Made by a program: the position numbers and the translations under genes
DNA from: Candidatus Omnitrophota bacterium
GTDB lineage: Bacteria; Omnitrophota; Gorgyraeia; JAGLLT01
DNA: 64,000 nucleotides
Direction: 5' to 3'
Assembly: GCA_030632085.1 (NCBI GenBank)
Contig: DAOVJY010000001.1
Coordinates: forward strand, 142,289-206,288
The notes under the pieces: generated by a model
Told to the model about the DNA's origin: nothing
What the model saw: only the letters and a program-made list of their open reading frames with translations
Databases searched by the model: none
Shown: positions 51,079 to 60,910 of the stretch, piece after piece
Numbering within the stretch: the stretch's first letter is position 1
Layout of the letters: each line of letters begins with the position of its first letter

Positions 51079-51947
51079 AATTTAAGTCCCTCAAACCGCT
51101 CTCGCGCGTTTTCTTTTATAATTGAAAACATCTTTTCTAAGCGGTTTTTATATGTGTGTTCATTTATAACCAACTTATAACCCTTTTGAGCAATACGCTC
51201 ACGCTCATCACCGTGCGACAAAAAATACTCTATTCTTTCGGCTAACTCCTCTTTATTTTTATAGGTCACTAAATGCTTGCCATCCTCAAAAAGCTCATTA
51301 AAGCCGTTATTCTCAACACGGCTGGTTATCAGCATAGCTCCACAGCTTAAAATTTCAAAAATACGCATATTTATATCATTATTCAGCGAAAAATTTATTC
51401 CGATCTTTGATGCTGAATATATACGGCTCATTTCATTATAAGGAGTATTGCCTATAAAGCAATCATTAAATTTACTCTTAATATACCTTAGTGTTTCTTC
51501 TCTTACGCTTCCTTCTCCCCCGTAAGAACCAACAAAGCCAACATCATAAACTTTTTCGATGTCCTGTTTTTTATGAATTTCCGGATCGCAGGCCAGCGGT
51601 ATCCAATAAACAGGGCGCTTAAGGACCCTGGAGAGACTTTCCGCGCCATCTTTTTGAGTAGCAAAAAGAAAGTCGTAATGTTTCGCCTGGCGGCAAATTT
51701 TTCTAAACGGTTTCTTGAGATGGGTGTCGATTGCTAAAAAAGCGGCGGGCCTAAAACTTTTAGGCAAATCATATTTATAATCACCGTGGTCTATTCTTAA
51801 AAATAAATCATATTTATTCTTAATTAATGACTTCGAACCTTCAACCGGATAATAATCAAAATCTAAGCGGCTGTCTTCAAGTGCCCTTTTAAAGTATATC
51901 CCGGTTGTATCCGAGCGATCTTCATTAAAGACTAAAGCAATCTTCAT
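51075..51947 (-). CDS. CgeB/YkvP-like glycosyltransferase
   Basis: PLACDP, NMRIFEILSCG, HTYKNR. Confidence 0.82.
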   Translation of the reverse strand: MKIALVFNEDRSDTTGIYFKRALEDSRLDFDYYPVEGSKSLIKNKYDLFLRIDHGDYKYDLPKSFRPAAFLAIDTHLKKPFRKICRQAKHYDFLFATQKDGAESLSRVLKRPVYWIPLACDPEIHKKQDIEKVYDVGFVGSYGGEGSVREETLRYIKSKFNDCFIGNTPYNEMSRIYSASKIGINFSLNNDINMRIFEILSCGAMLITSRVENNGFNELFEDGKHLVTYKNKEELAERIEYFLSHGDERERIAQKGYKLVINEHTYKNRLEKMFSIIKENARERFEGLKL

Positions 51948-51964
51948 ATAGGCACCTTTTTGTA

Positions 51965-52771
51965 TTATAAGTCCAGGTCAAGCAGTCGAGCGCTCACCGG
52001 ACCGGCCTTGGTGTTAATATCAATACTCACAGGTATTCTTTTCTCATCAGCTGTAACCCACATATAGCCGCTAATTTCATGCCTTGAGGTCGCCTTAACT
52101 CTCTTTAAATGTATGTATATTTTATATGTCTCAAGCTTGCCAAAAGGCGTATCAAGCAGCTCGGTATCTTTATATTCAACATAAAGAGTCCTATCTCTCT
52201 TTCTGCTTTTAACATTAAGACTATATCCACCTTTAAGAAGCTCAAAATCAATTAATCTGATAACATAAAAACTGCTCAAAGGATCGACTGTATCCGGTAA
52301 CATTCTAAATTGCTCACCGTCTACTTCCAGATAGTGTTCATCCTGATTATAAATAATTACTTTATCATTCTGCCTGTGGCCCGTTGCCTGCGAATGCTCT
52401 TGAAAATATAAGGAATTTAATTCACTTTTATCAAGTTTTGATTTAACCCATCCTTCAATTTCAAAAAAAACTGATACGAAATCAGATGTTCTGGCTTTAC
52501 CACTTAAAAAATAAACATTTTTGCCTTTATAATCGCCTACACCATCAACCCTTAAGATAGCTTTACCTGAAGGAAGCCCCATATACCTTAGGGTGTAAAC
52601 AAGTTTCTCGGGTGCTGCTATTGCAGCTGTTGAATTAGCCTTTAACTCAGAAATAACATGCTTCTTATACTGACGAGCCGCAAATTGCCAACCAAAAAAC
52701 TGATAAAAAGCATAACTTAATACAAGTACAACTAAAAAAATTAAGAATAATTTTGATATAATTTTTTTCAT
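51965..52771 (-). CDS. DUF3108-like protein
   Basis: EKLVY..RYMGL, DPLS..Y..R, TPFG, W.T.D..RIPV. Confidence 0.75.
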   Translation of the reverse strand: MKKIISKLFLIFLVVLVLSYAFYQFFGWQFAARQYKKHVISELKANSTAAIAAPEKLVYTLRYMGLPSGKAILRVDGVGDYKGKNVYFLSGKARTSDFVSVFFEIEGWVKSKLDKSELNSLYFQEHSQATGHRQNDKVIIYNQDEHYLEVDGEQFRMLPDTVDPLSSFYVIRLIDFELLKGGYSLNVKSRKRDRTLYVEYKDTELLDTPFGKLETYKIYIHLKRVKATSRHEISGYMWVTADEKRIPVSIDINTKAGPVSARLLDLDL

Positions 52772-54561
52772 TTTTTAATCCTATATACTTTTGTATCACC
52801 GAAATTTTTTTCCTCAATTAAACCATAGCTTTCGCTTGATTTCAGCAATTCAGCTTTGACATTTTCTTTTTCTGAGAGTTGAGTATATTTTGAGAAATGA
52901 ACTATCACATACGAAACTCCTAATCTATTAAGGATAACTTTGGTTTGCGGCGCTAAAATATCCCTTATCTTTTCATTAGTTGAATAGGCTTCTGTTTCCC
53001 TTAAGGCTCCGTTAACTAATTTTTTCTGATGCAGCCTTTGATTAAAAAAATACTCTACGGTATCATCCTCTTCTATAGGGTATTCAACTACTAAAATATC
53101 AGTCGGCTGTTCCTTAAGCCAGAAGTAAACACTCTCCCTAACTCCGATATCCGTCGCTTTAAATGGCGGGAAATTTACAAATTCAAAAATAACAATAATA
53201 GCAAATAATATTGCCAAACCGACTTTAGCCTTGGCTAAATTAATTCTCTCAAGTAAAAACTTAATACCAAAAGCCATTAGCACTGAAAAAGCCAGCATCA
53301 ATACTATCCCAAAGCGCCCTATTGATCTAAAAAACGGTACGATATAATAAATATAAGCTGAAGGTAACCATAATTCTTTTCCAAATAAAACAAACACGGG
53401 ATAAAGAGAAAACAGAAAAGCCACTACAGCTAATGTCATAAAAAACTTAATTGAAAAATCCATTTCCTCAGCCTTTTTGACATCCGCGCGCGCAGCTTCA
53501 CTCTTTTTAGAACTCCTCCAAAATCGAAAAGCCCAAAAAGACATAATGATTACAAAAAAACCTAAAAAGAGATTATATTCCTGGGAATTTTCTCCGTAAA
53601 ATAATGAACCATCCAGCCTGCCACTAAAGAAACCGAACACAGGATGATCTGGAGACGGTAAAATATAATTTAAAATACCAGCCGAAGAAGCCCGTAATTC
53701 ACCTATATTTTTTCGATGATATGTGGTTTCTAAAACAGACAACTTGCCATCTTTGGATAAATACGAATTAAGAATCGGAAATATATAAGGAAAACAGATA
53801 AGTGAGGCAGTAAATATTGTAATACATAACACGCCAATATTTTTTATTATGCCCACTTGCGGCGTAAAGTTTATCCGATGTAGTTTTTTAATCTTCCTAA
53901 AAAGTTTTCTTGCCAGCATGAATATAAAAAATGTTGCCGCCGTCACCAACATAAAATATCCATAATAGGTGTCGGATAATAATGTTAAAGCAAAAAATAA
54001 ACCACATAATACCGCATTAGAATACCTTCTCTCTTTATGAAGCTTAAAGAGAAATAATATAAATAGCGGCATCCATTGAATATTAGCTAAAGTTATATGA
54101 CTGGCGTGAGCAAAGTGATACGGACAAAAAGCATACGCTAAACCGGCCACAAACGACGCCCATTTGTTTTTTGTAAGATAAACAGCCAATAAATACATGG
54201 CCAGGCCGGCCAGAGGAAACGTAGCCAGCATAATAAAATTGTAAGCAAAGATTTCATTCTGTAAGAGAGTTAAAAGTAAAAGCGGGTAATTAGCAAATTG
54301 CAGGCCTATGTTTTTGGCAATATCCCGCGATAAGTCAATACCGTAAGGACAGGCCACAATAGAGACAAACTGACAATCTAAATCATGCTGCCAAGCGTAT
54401 TTTACCCACCATGCATACCAAAGCGTCTCCACCAAATCCCCTTGATAATCATAGATAGAAGTGTGCATATTGAGTATCAGAGGAAATGTAAAGATACATG
54501 CCAGGATAAAAAATACCACAAAAATTATAACTTCAAATTTATATTTCTGGAAAAAACCCAT
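52768..54561 (-). CDS. Multi-TM GT-C-like (YfhO-like) membrane glycosyltransferase
   Basis: Many TM segments, AFCPYH, FRSIGRF. Confidence 0.65.
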   Translation of the reverse strand: MGFFQKYKFEVIIFVVFFILACIFTFPLILNMHTSIYDYQGDLVETLWYAWWVKYAWQHDLDCQFVSIVACPYGIDLSRDIAKNIGLQFANYPLLLLTLLQNEIFAYNFIMLATFPLAGLAMYLLAVYLTKNKWASFVAGLAYAFCPYHFAHASHITLANIQWMPLFILFLFKLHKERRYSNAVLCGLFFALTLLSDTYYGYFMLVTAATFFIFMLARKLFRKIKKLHRINFTPQVGIIKNIGVLCITIFTASLICFPYIFPILNSYLSKDGKLSVLETTYHRKNIGELRASSAGILNYILPSPDHPVFGFFSGRLDGSLFYGENSQEYNLFLGFFVIIMSFWAFRFWRSSKKSEAARADVKKAEEMDFSIKFFMTLAVVAFLFSLYPVFVLFGKELWLPSAYIYYIVPFFRSIGRFGIVLMLAFSVLMAFGIKFLLERINLAKAKVGLAILFAIIVIFEFVNFPPFKATDIGVRESVYFWLKEQPTDILVVEYPIEEDDTVEYFFNQRLHQKKLVNGALRETEAYSTNEKIRDILAPQTKVILNRLGVSYVIVHFSKYTQLSEKENVKAELLKSSESYGLIEEKNFGDTKVYRIKK

Positions 54562-54564
54562 ATT

Positions 54565-55719
54565 TTATTTTCTGCCTTTAAAAATGATGATAGCTACTAA
54601 AGCAAGAAAAGCAATAACCGACACAAAAATTACTTTTACAAATTTACTTGACGCATTACTAGGCTGAACTTCTACTATTAATTCTTCAACCTTTCTTCTC
54701 TTAGCTCTTTCCTCTTCAATAAAGGCAATTCTTTTATTCATTAAAGCTTCTTCCCAAATTTTCTTAAAACCGGTTCCCTCGAAACTTAAGACCACATAAT
54801 CATCGTCCATTTTTACTTCACTGAGCCAATTGATGTCCTGCTTTACAAAGGAGCGGTTGATTATCTCTTCAAAGAAGCAGGCATCATCCTCAATGTTGAT
54901 TATATCATCGCTTTCATTAGGCATAAAAATTAACTCACCTTTAATAGCATCATCCGTGGCTAAATCAACGGCAAATAATAAAGCATTTATAGATTCAGAG
55001 GATAAAAGTACCCGCATGCCCTCTTTTTCTTCCCAGCGCCTTAAGTTTTTCGAAAAAAGCCCTCTTTGATTATTAATCAAGAAATAAGTATCCGCGTCTA
55101 CTGCTTTCTTTAGAAGCTTCAAGGCCTCTTTATTTTCAGAAAATGAAGCCCTTGTCCCCTTATGTACATCAATAGCCCGATATAAATCTCCGGGTTCCAT
55201 GCCCATCAAGAAATATTTACCCACCTGAACATAAGCGGCTATATCTTTTTGGCCATGATAAGGTTCAAGTTGTTTATCTCTATAGGTGATTTCATACCCT
55301 TTGTATGTTACTTTTTTAAGTGCTTTTCTTTTTTTAATCAAGGCGTTCATGGCCTCAGCGAAAGCGGCCTTTTTTGTCTTTAATTCAACCACAACTAAAA
55401 AATCAGGATAATTGGGTTCATCGTCACTATCAAAAGCTTCCTGAGGCAAATAAGCCGCGCCCACCAGCGTGCCTATAGGTAATTCCGCATGTAATTCCTT
55501 AATGGCGTCATTTTTGATTGTTGTTTCTTTAATTTCAAACCTCTCGCGCCAAAGATTTGTTACATAATTAAAACCGGTATCATCCGGGTCATTATTAATA
55601 AATATAATAATATCCGCATCTTTAGCAATAAAACTAAATTCATTTGCTCCGGCTTCTAAATTCGCGCCAGATAAAATCATCCAAGCTACTAAAATAAACA
55701 ACAGGCCTATTTTTTTCAT
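54565..55719 (-). CDS. Hypothetical exported protein with C-terminal TM
   Basis: Signal peptide and C-terminal anchor. Confidence 0.7.
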   Translation of the reverse strand: MKKIGLLFILVAWMILSGANLEAGANEFSFIAKDADIIIFINNDPDDTGFNYVTNLWRERFEIKETTIKNDAIKELHAELPIGTLVGAAYLPQEAFDSDDEPNYPDFLVVVELKTKKAAFAEAMNALIKKRKALKKVTYKGYEITYRDKQLEPYHGQKDIAAYVQVGKYFLMGMEPGDLYRAIDVHKGTRASFSENKEALKLLKKAVDADTYFLINNQRGLFSKNLRRWEEKEGMRVLLSSESINALLFAVDLATDDAIKGELIFMPNESDDIINIEDDACFFEEIINRSFVKQDINWLSEVKMDDDYVVLSFEGTGFKKIWEEALMNKRIAFIEEERAKRRKVEELIVEVQPSNASSKFVKVIFVSVIAFLALVAIIIFKGRK

Positions 55720-55731
55720 TGACTCTCTCTC

Positions 55732-56631
55732 CTATTTTTTTCGCAAGTCATATCGCACCTTGACTGAATTAATATTTTCCTCAATTGCATATTTAAAAAC
55801 ATACGAATTAGCATCCATCACACGCCTGATGAACTGCATAAAAAAGCGTACATCTTTTTTTGAATTAGTTAAATCAGATCCAACTTTAAAATGAAATATC
55901 ATCCAGCCTTTATGGCTCAAGACTTCATCTGAAGCAACCATAGAAATAGTAATTTTTTTTAACTTATCGGCTGATCTGAAAACATTATATGATACTTCAT
56001 CTTTAAGTTCATCAACATAATACTCAAAAAAACCATGCTCATTATTAATTAAGACTTTCAATAAAACGTTATCAGATACTTTCTTTTCTTCTTTTATATT
56101 AGTTCCAAAAAGACTACTAAACATTTTTTCGTCCGAAGATAGTAAGATTGTATCTCCATACCAGGCAATGCGTTGAATATCATCATCCTTATCTTTGGCT
56201 TCCAATACCCGCCAGTTTCCCCGCTTCTTAGAGCTAAAATCAGAGGTCAATCTATATAGAACCAATGGAATCTGAATAACACGTATTGCGCGAGCTGACT
56301 TAATAACCGCCAGATAATTGAAATCCTCCGAGTCATCTTCTTTGGGGCACGCAATTAGGCTGATATTTAACGGTAATAAAAACCTGCCGCATGATTTTAT
56401 CGCCTCTCTAATCCATTTTGATTTAATGACATATTCTTCTTTAAACTTAAAATTAACAACCTCATCTAAAATTTGAGTATTTTCCGGCTGGATATTAATT
56501 GATGAGAAAATAAAATAATTATTTTCCCTGATTTCAATGCCGGCATCCTCAAGAGGTAATAATACCCATATAAATAAAGTTACAGTAAGTATTAATAAAA
56601 AAAGAAATAAACTCTTAAACATTTTTTTCAT
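55732..56631 (-). CDS. Hypothetical protein with N-terminal TM
   Basis: Long ORF in operon. Confidence 0.7.
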   Translation of the reverse strand: MKKMFKSLFLFLLILTVTLFIWVLLPLEDAGIEIRENNYFIFSSINIQPENTQILDEVVNFKFKEEYVIKSKWIREAIKSCGRFLLPLNISLIACPKEDDSEDFNYLAVIKSARAIRVIQIPLVLYRLTSDFSSKKRGNWRVLEAKDKDDDIQRIAWYGDTILLSSDEKMFSSLFGTNIKEEKKVSDNVLLKVLINNEHGFFEYYVDELKDEVSYNVFRSADKLKKITISMVASDEVLSHKGWMIFHFKVGSDLTNSKKDVRFFMQFIRRVMDANSYVFKYAIEENINSVKVRYDLRKK

Positions 56632-56645
56632 TGTACAATATACAA

Positions 56646-57734
56646 TTATTCCATATTATATTCTTTTTCCACAAAATACCTGATGAGTTTGATTAAAATA
56701 CCAATAATCAAAATAAAAAAAGCCACATTGGTTAGCCTTTCAGCGGGAAATTTTAGTTCATACATCAGCAAACCAGCTGAAATAAGCATCATTACAATAA
56801 AAAGGCAAATAAATATATTGGCGTAAACATTATATTTTTTTATTGTACATTCATATGTCTGCTTTAGCCTTAGGATACACATATCTTTTTTGATATATTG
56901 AGTCATCTGATATATTTTACCGATACACATTGAACCTATGAGAATTAAGAAGAAATCAAATTTATAATAGAAAAAAGTATAAGAATATGCAATTTTAGAA
57001 ATTAAAAAGAGGATACTAAAAATAAGTACCGGCGGCAAATATGTCCAAAAATCAAGGCGCAATATATATAAATATTTTTTTTCGGTTAGCGGCCAGAATA
57101 TAGCCGAATAAACTAGCCAGATGCCGGTGAAAATGAAGCTACCCAGAAAACATATGTTCCAATTGACATTTATGCACCCCCTTTTGCGAAACCATTTAGT
57201 CGAATCCCATACAGCATAAGCCCTTAAAAAAGTAAGTTTTATATCCTGATAATTCGTAATTTTAATACTGTAGAAATCCAGCTTTGTTTTTTCGGTTTTT
57301 TTCAGTTCAATTTTATTAAGCCCCTTCTTCATCATCCTGGCATTAATCATTACGCGCTGCTCTTCCCATTCGCCTATCTTACTACCCCTTAGCACATCTA
57401 TTAACTTCTGCTTTACGTAAACTTTTATTTTCTGGTTCGGATCGTGAAATCTTAATTTAAATGCCAGTGAAATAGCATCTTTACTGGGCAAAAAAATGAG
57501 GAATATTGCCCTATCTTTATCCATTGAGGTATAATTTATACCGCTCTCTTTTCTGGCTTTCCAGCCGTTAAGAAGTAAAAAGTTATCTTCATAATCGACG
57601 GCACAAGCGTATTGGTATTCTTTCTTAAATTTTGTAATTTGGGAATCAACCATTGTCTGATAGAAAAACAATAGTAAAAAGCCTATAACTAAGGATAGAA
57701 CTAAATAAATCGCTATTTTAGTATACGTTTTCAT
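56646..57734 (-). CDS. Hypothetical membrane protein
   Basis: N-terminal TM, beta-rich domain, C-terminal TMs. Confidence 0.7.
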   Translation of the reverse strand: MKTYTKIAIYLVLSLVIGFLLLFFYQTMVDSQITKFKKEYQYACAVDYEDNFLLLNGWKARKESGINYTSMDKDRAIFLIFLPSKDAISLAFKLRFHDPNQKIKVYVKQKLIDVLRGSKIGEWEEQRVMINARMMKKGLNKIELKKTEKTKLDFYSIKITNYQDIKLTFLRAYAVWDSTKWFRKRGCINVNWNICFLGSFIFTGIWLVYSAIFWPLTEKKYLYILRLDFWTYLPPVLIFSILFLISKIAYSYTFFYYKFDFFLILIGSMCIGKIYQMTQYIKKDMCILRLKQTYECTIKKYNVYANIFICLFIVMMLISAGLLMYELKFPAERLTNVAFFILIIGILIKLIRYFVEKEYNME

Positions 57735-57751
57735 ATTTTAACCCTTTAATT

Positions 57752-60700
57752 TTAACCTTTATACCTTAGAATTCCTAATAAGAGACCAAGTGCGCAAAAG
57801 ATAAAAATAGTCACACTTACCGCAAGTCCCGCCCAGAATTGCCTTTGAACGCTATATTTTAACATAATGGTTAATTGTTGTCCAACCTTTTGTTCTCCGT
57901 TAAGGAACCACGTGTTAGCGTAACCGTTGCCTACAACATGAGTTTCATATTTATTAGCATCATGCCGCGCTCCCCCCAGTTGAACTGTCCAAAGCGGATC
58001 GTATGACTCTAAAAAAAAGAGAAATCTCCACTTAGCAAGGTAATGCTTATTGCTAAGCTTAAAGCAAACGGGGCTAATTTGAGTTTCTTCAAGCGGCAAA
58101 ATCTCGCTTGTGGGCGTATCTACCGGCGCAATCAGAACATAATAACCCTCATCCTGATACTGAAGGAAACTTAAACTCTTATTTCCACCGGCAATATTAT
58201 GAATCGGAGAGCTGTATTTGAGATTATTTTTATTATATGCCAGCCTTAATACATTATTATTTTCTTTAAACATAACAGATTTAGGTAAACCTTTAATATA
58301 CTCAATTGGTTTCGGATACAAACTTATCCTGCCGCTAAATTCTTTTTCAATGAATATGCTACAATTAAACTCATAGGTATAAATATCTATCTCTTTTTGT
58401 AAACATAGTTGATTATCAACTTCAGAGTCATTAGCTACAAATTTCAATAAATTTTTTCCCGGATTTAAAGTCAAAGCCTCAAGTTTTATAACCGAGTCGG
58501 TGTTTCTTCTGGAGTAGAATTTTTTTATGAGCTTATCGTTTAGAAAAATATCTATAAAGCAATCCCGGCTTTGACTATGCGAAGTTAATTTTAAATTAAC
58601 TCTGGATGAGTTTTTCTGTCTTAAATCAATTTCGGCTATAATTGGAATTTTGTCATTTTTAAAGAAATTTAGATTTTTCTCACCGCTTTTTTCGTTATAT
58701 GATTCAGGTAGAAATTTAATTTTTATTTTCTCACCTGTAATTTGGTCTTTCACTTCTTTTTTATAGAATATATCTTTGTTGTCCGTATCCAAAAGAAGAT
58801 ATTCGTTACTCTTATATTTAGCGGGCAATGTATTCTGATTATAATAAATAACTTTACTGATTAGATTATCGCTATTAAGCTGCTTGAGTAAACTTTCAGT
58901 TATATTAGCCTCAAAAATATTATTATATTCAAATATAGGTGTTCTACTCAAAGCCTCATAACATTCTACACCGCCATAAATTATATTTATCTTATCAGTC
59001 AGGAAACTATGCGGGAGCGTTTTATTTATTGAATATATTTTCCACTTACCAAAAACTTTATCCAGCTTCACACCTTTTTGGAGCCCCAGCTTGGCGGACA
59101 CAAAATCAGGCGATTCATACTTGTCATAAAAATCCCACCTTAAATCACCTTCATACAGTAGATATTTGATATTAAACATAGGCAATATCTTTAAAGCAAC
59201 ATAGGGTGAATTCTGATTGCGTATGTGCAGTTGTTTGACTTTTTCATCTTTATATTCTTTATCAATGTAAAGCCACTTATAAAGTGAATTCCCAAAATTA
59301 GGAATTGAGTAAGCTGACCCAAAACTTGCCTGCATCACCGGCGTTATAATAGGCCTATCGCTAAAATAAGCTAAGACGGGTTCATACCCCGCGTATCCCC
59401 AATCAGTAATTCTTCTGGCACTGGAATTTAAAACCATTATCCTGAAATAATCATCTTGAGTATCAAGCCAATTAGCCGCGTTATAGACATACTGCGGAAC
59501 TTCAATGTGGTTGGGAGGTATATAATGGCGCTCCTCTTTAGAAGTAAACATGCAGCCGCTTACAATCGGAAAGGCATAAACAAGGAACAAAACAGAAGTA
59601 AAAACACTTAAAAAGCTAAAGGTTAGTTTCTGTCTTGGCCAAAGGCTGAAAACCTTTTTAGTTAAATAAAATATACATACCGAGAAACCTAAAACTGTAA
59701 ATAGAGACCACTTATACCAATGAGTTCTAATAATCCAAAACCCGGGCAGATGCTTAATAAAAAATAAATTAATAGACGCAAATGGCGGGTGCACACCTAC
59801 CGAGAAAATAATTCCTATAAAGGCAATTAGAATGAAAAAAGGTAAATAAACCTGCCCTCTTAGGTTAAAACAAGATAAAAAAACCAATATAACCGGAATT
59901 ATACTTAATAAAATAAAGAGCTTACTTTTTTTATAGAATTCACTATATAAAACATAAGGATCATCCTCATAATCTTCATGCCATGTCCAAGCGGCCTGAA
60001 AACGCAGGACATTTAATAAGCCGGTATACTTAGCTCTTTCTTTTAATATTTGTATATACTCTTTGTATTTATCCGGATTTTTTTCATTCAAATCAACTTT
60101 TACAAACTCTTTATAAGAGTTTAGAGACTGCATCTCATTCATATATTTCAATCGCATGCCCTGAGGATAAATCCAAAAGGCGTTAATTAGAGTAATTATT
60201 AATACCAATAAAAGCACAAAACTTATAAATCTGACGGCTGATACTTTTTTTGTTTTTAGTACGTGGATTACAAAGCAATAAATAAGCCAAAGCATCACAA
60301 AACAAACAGCTACATACATAATAGGCGGGTTTACGCCTACCCCCGATAAAATAATTCCAAGAAAGCCCGCAAGGCATAAATATTTAAAATATCTTTTTGA
60401 GTGTATGGCATTAATTACAAAACCCGCCAAAAAAGGCATACCCACATACGCGGATAAATTTGCAATATTAAATCCCAGCCAGACCGGCTCAAGATATAAG
60501 TTAAACATATAAAAAACTATAGCCGGCAAGACTATTAAAGGCTTAGGGTGCTTACCCTTATTCAGAGCAACTATCAGATAGTATATGGAAAAACCCGAGA
60601 GCATAAACCAGAATATAAATTGCATCTTCTGAGCGCTTAATATGGAAAACCCTATTTTTTGCAAAAAAGCAGGCATAAAAAGAAAAAATAAGGCGGCAAA

Positions 60701-60910
60701 ATTATCTATTGGGTAAGTGCCGGTAGCTCTCTGATTAAACCAAGAGAAAAGATATGAATACCACTCATTTAAAGACAAGGGTATGCTTAAATCCTCGGAT
60801 TTAATTAAATAACCTTCCTTAAACCATAGTAATGGACATAATCCAAGGACTATAATAATCAGTAAATTGATTGCTGATCTGCGCTTAATCAAACTCATGC
60901 TTTCGCTCAA
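57752..60910 (-). CDS. Large GT-C membrane protein (AftD/DUF3367-like)
   Basis: ~13 TMs, FYMFN, GVHPPF, IRTHWYKW, ESYDPLW, NGYANTW. Confidence 0.65.
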   Translation of the reverse strand: MSESMSLIKRRSAINLLIIIVLGLCPLLWFKEGYLIKSEDLSIPLSLNEWYSYLFSWFNQRATGTYPIDNFAALFFLFMPAFLQKIGFSILSAQKMQFIFWFMLSGFSIYYLIVALNKGKHPKPLIVLPAIVFYMFNLYLEPVWLGFNIANLSAYVGMPFLAGFVINAIHSKRYFKYLCLAGFLGIILSGVGVNPPIMYVAVCFVMLWLIYCFVIHVLKTKKVSAVRFISFVLLLVLIITLINAFWIYPQGMRLKYMNEMQSLNSYKEFVKVDLNEKNPDKYKEYIQILKERAKYTGLLNVLRFQAAWTWHEDYEDDPYVLYSEFYKKSKLFILLSIIPVILVFLSCFNLRGQVYLPFFILIAFIGIIFSVGVHPPFASINLFFIKHLPGFWIIRTHWYKWSLFTVLGFSVCIFYLTKKVFSLWPRQKLTFSFLSVFTSVLFLVYAFPIVSGCMFTSKEERHYIPPNHIEVPQYVYNAANWLDTQDDYFRIMVLNSSARRITDWGYAGYEPVLAYFSDRPIITPVMQASFGSAYSIPNFGNSLYKWLYIDKEYKDEKVKQLHIRNQNSPYVALKILPMFNIKYLLYEGDLRWDFYDKYESPDFVSAKLGLQKGVKLDKVFGKWKIYSINKTLPHSFLTDKINIIYGGVECYEALSRTPIFEYNNIFEANITESLLKQLNSDNLISKVIYYNQNTLPAKYKSNEYLLLDTDNKDIFYKKEVKDQITGEKIKIKFLPESYNEKSGEKNLNFFKNDKIPIIAEIDLRQKNSSRVNLKLTSHSQSRDCFIDIFLNDKLIKKFYSRRNTDSVIKLEALTLNPGKNLLKFVANDSEVDNQLCLQKEIDIYTYEFNCSIFIEKEFSGRISLYPKPIEYIKGLPKSVMFKENNNVLRLAYNKNNLKYSSPIHNIAGGNKSLSFLQYQDEGYYVLIAPVDTPTSEILPLEETQISPVCFKLSNKHYLAKWRFLFFLESYDPLWTVQLGGARHDANKYETHVVGNGYANTWFLNGEQKVGQQLTIMLKYSVQRQFWAGLAVSVTIFIFCALGLLLGILRYKG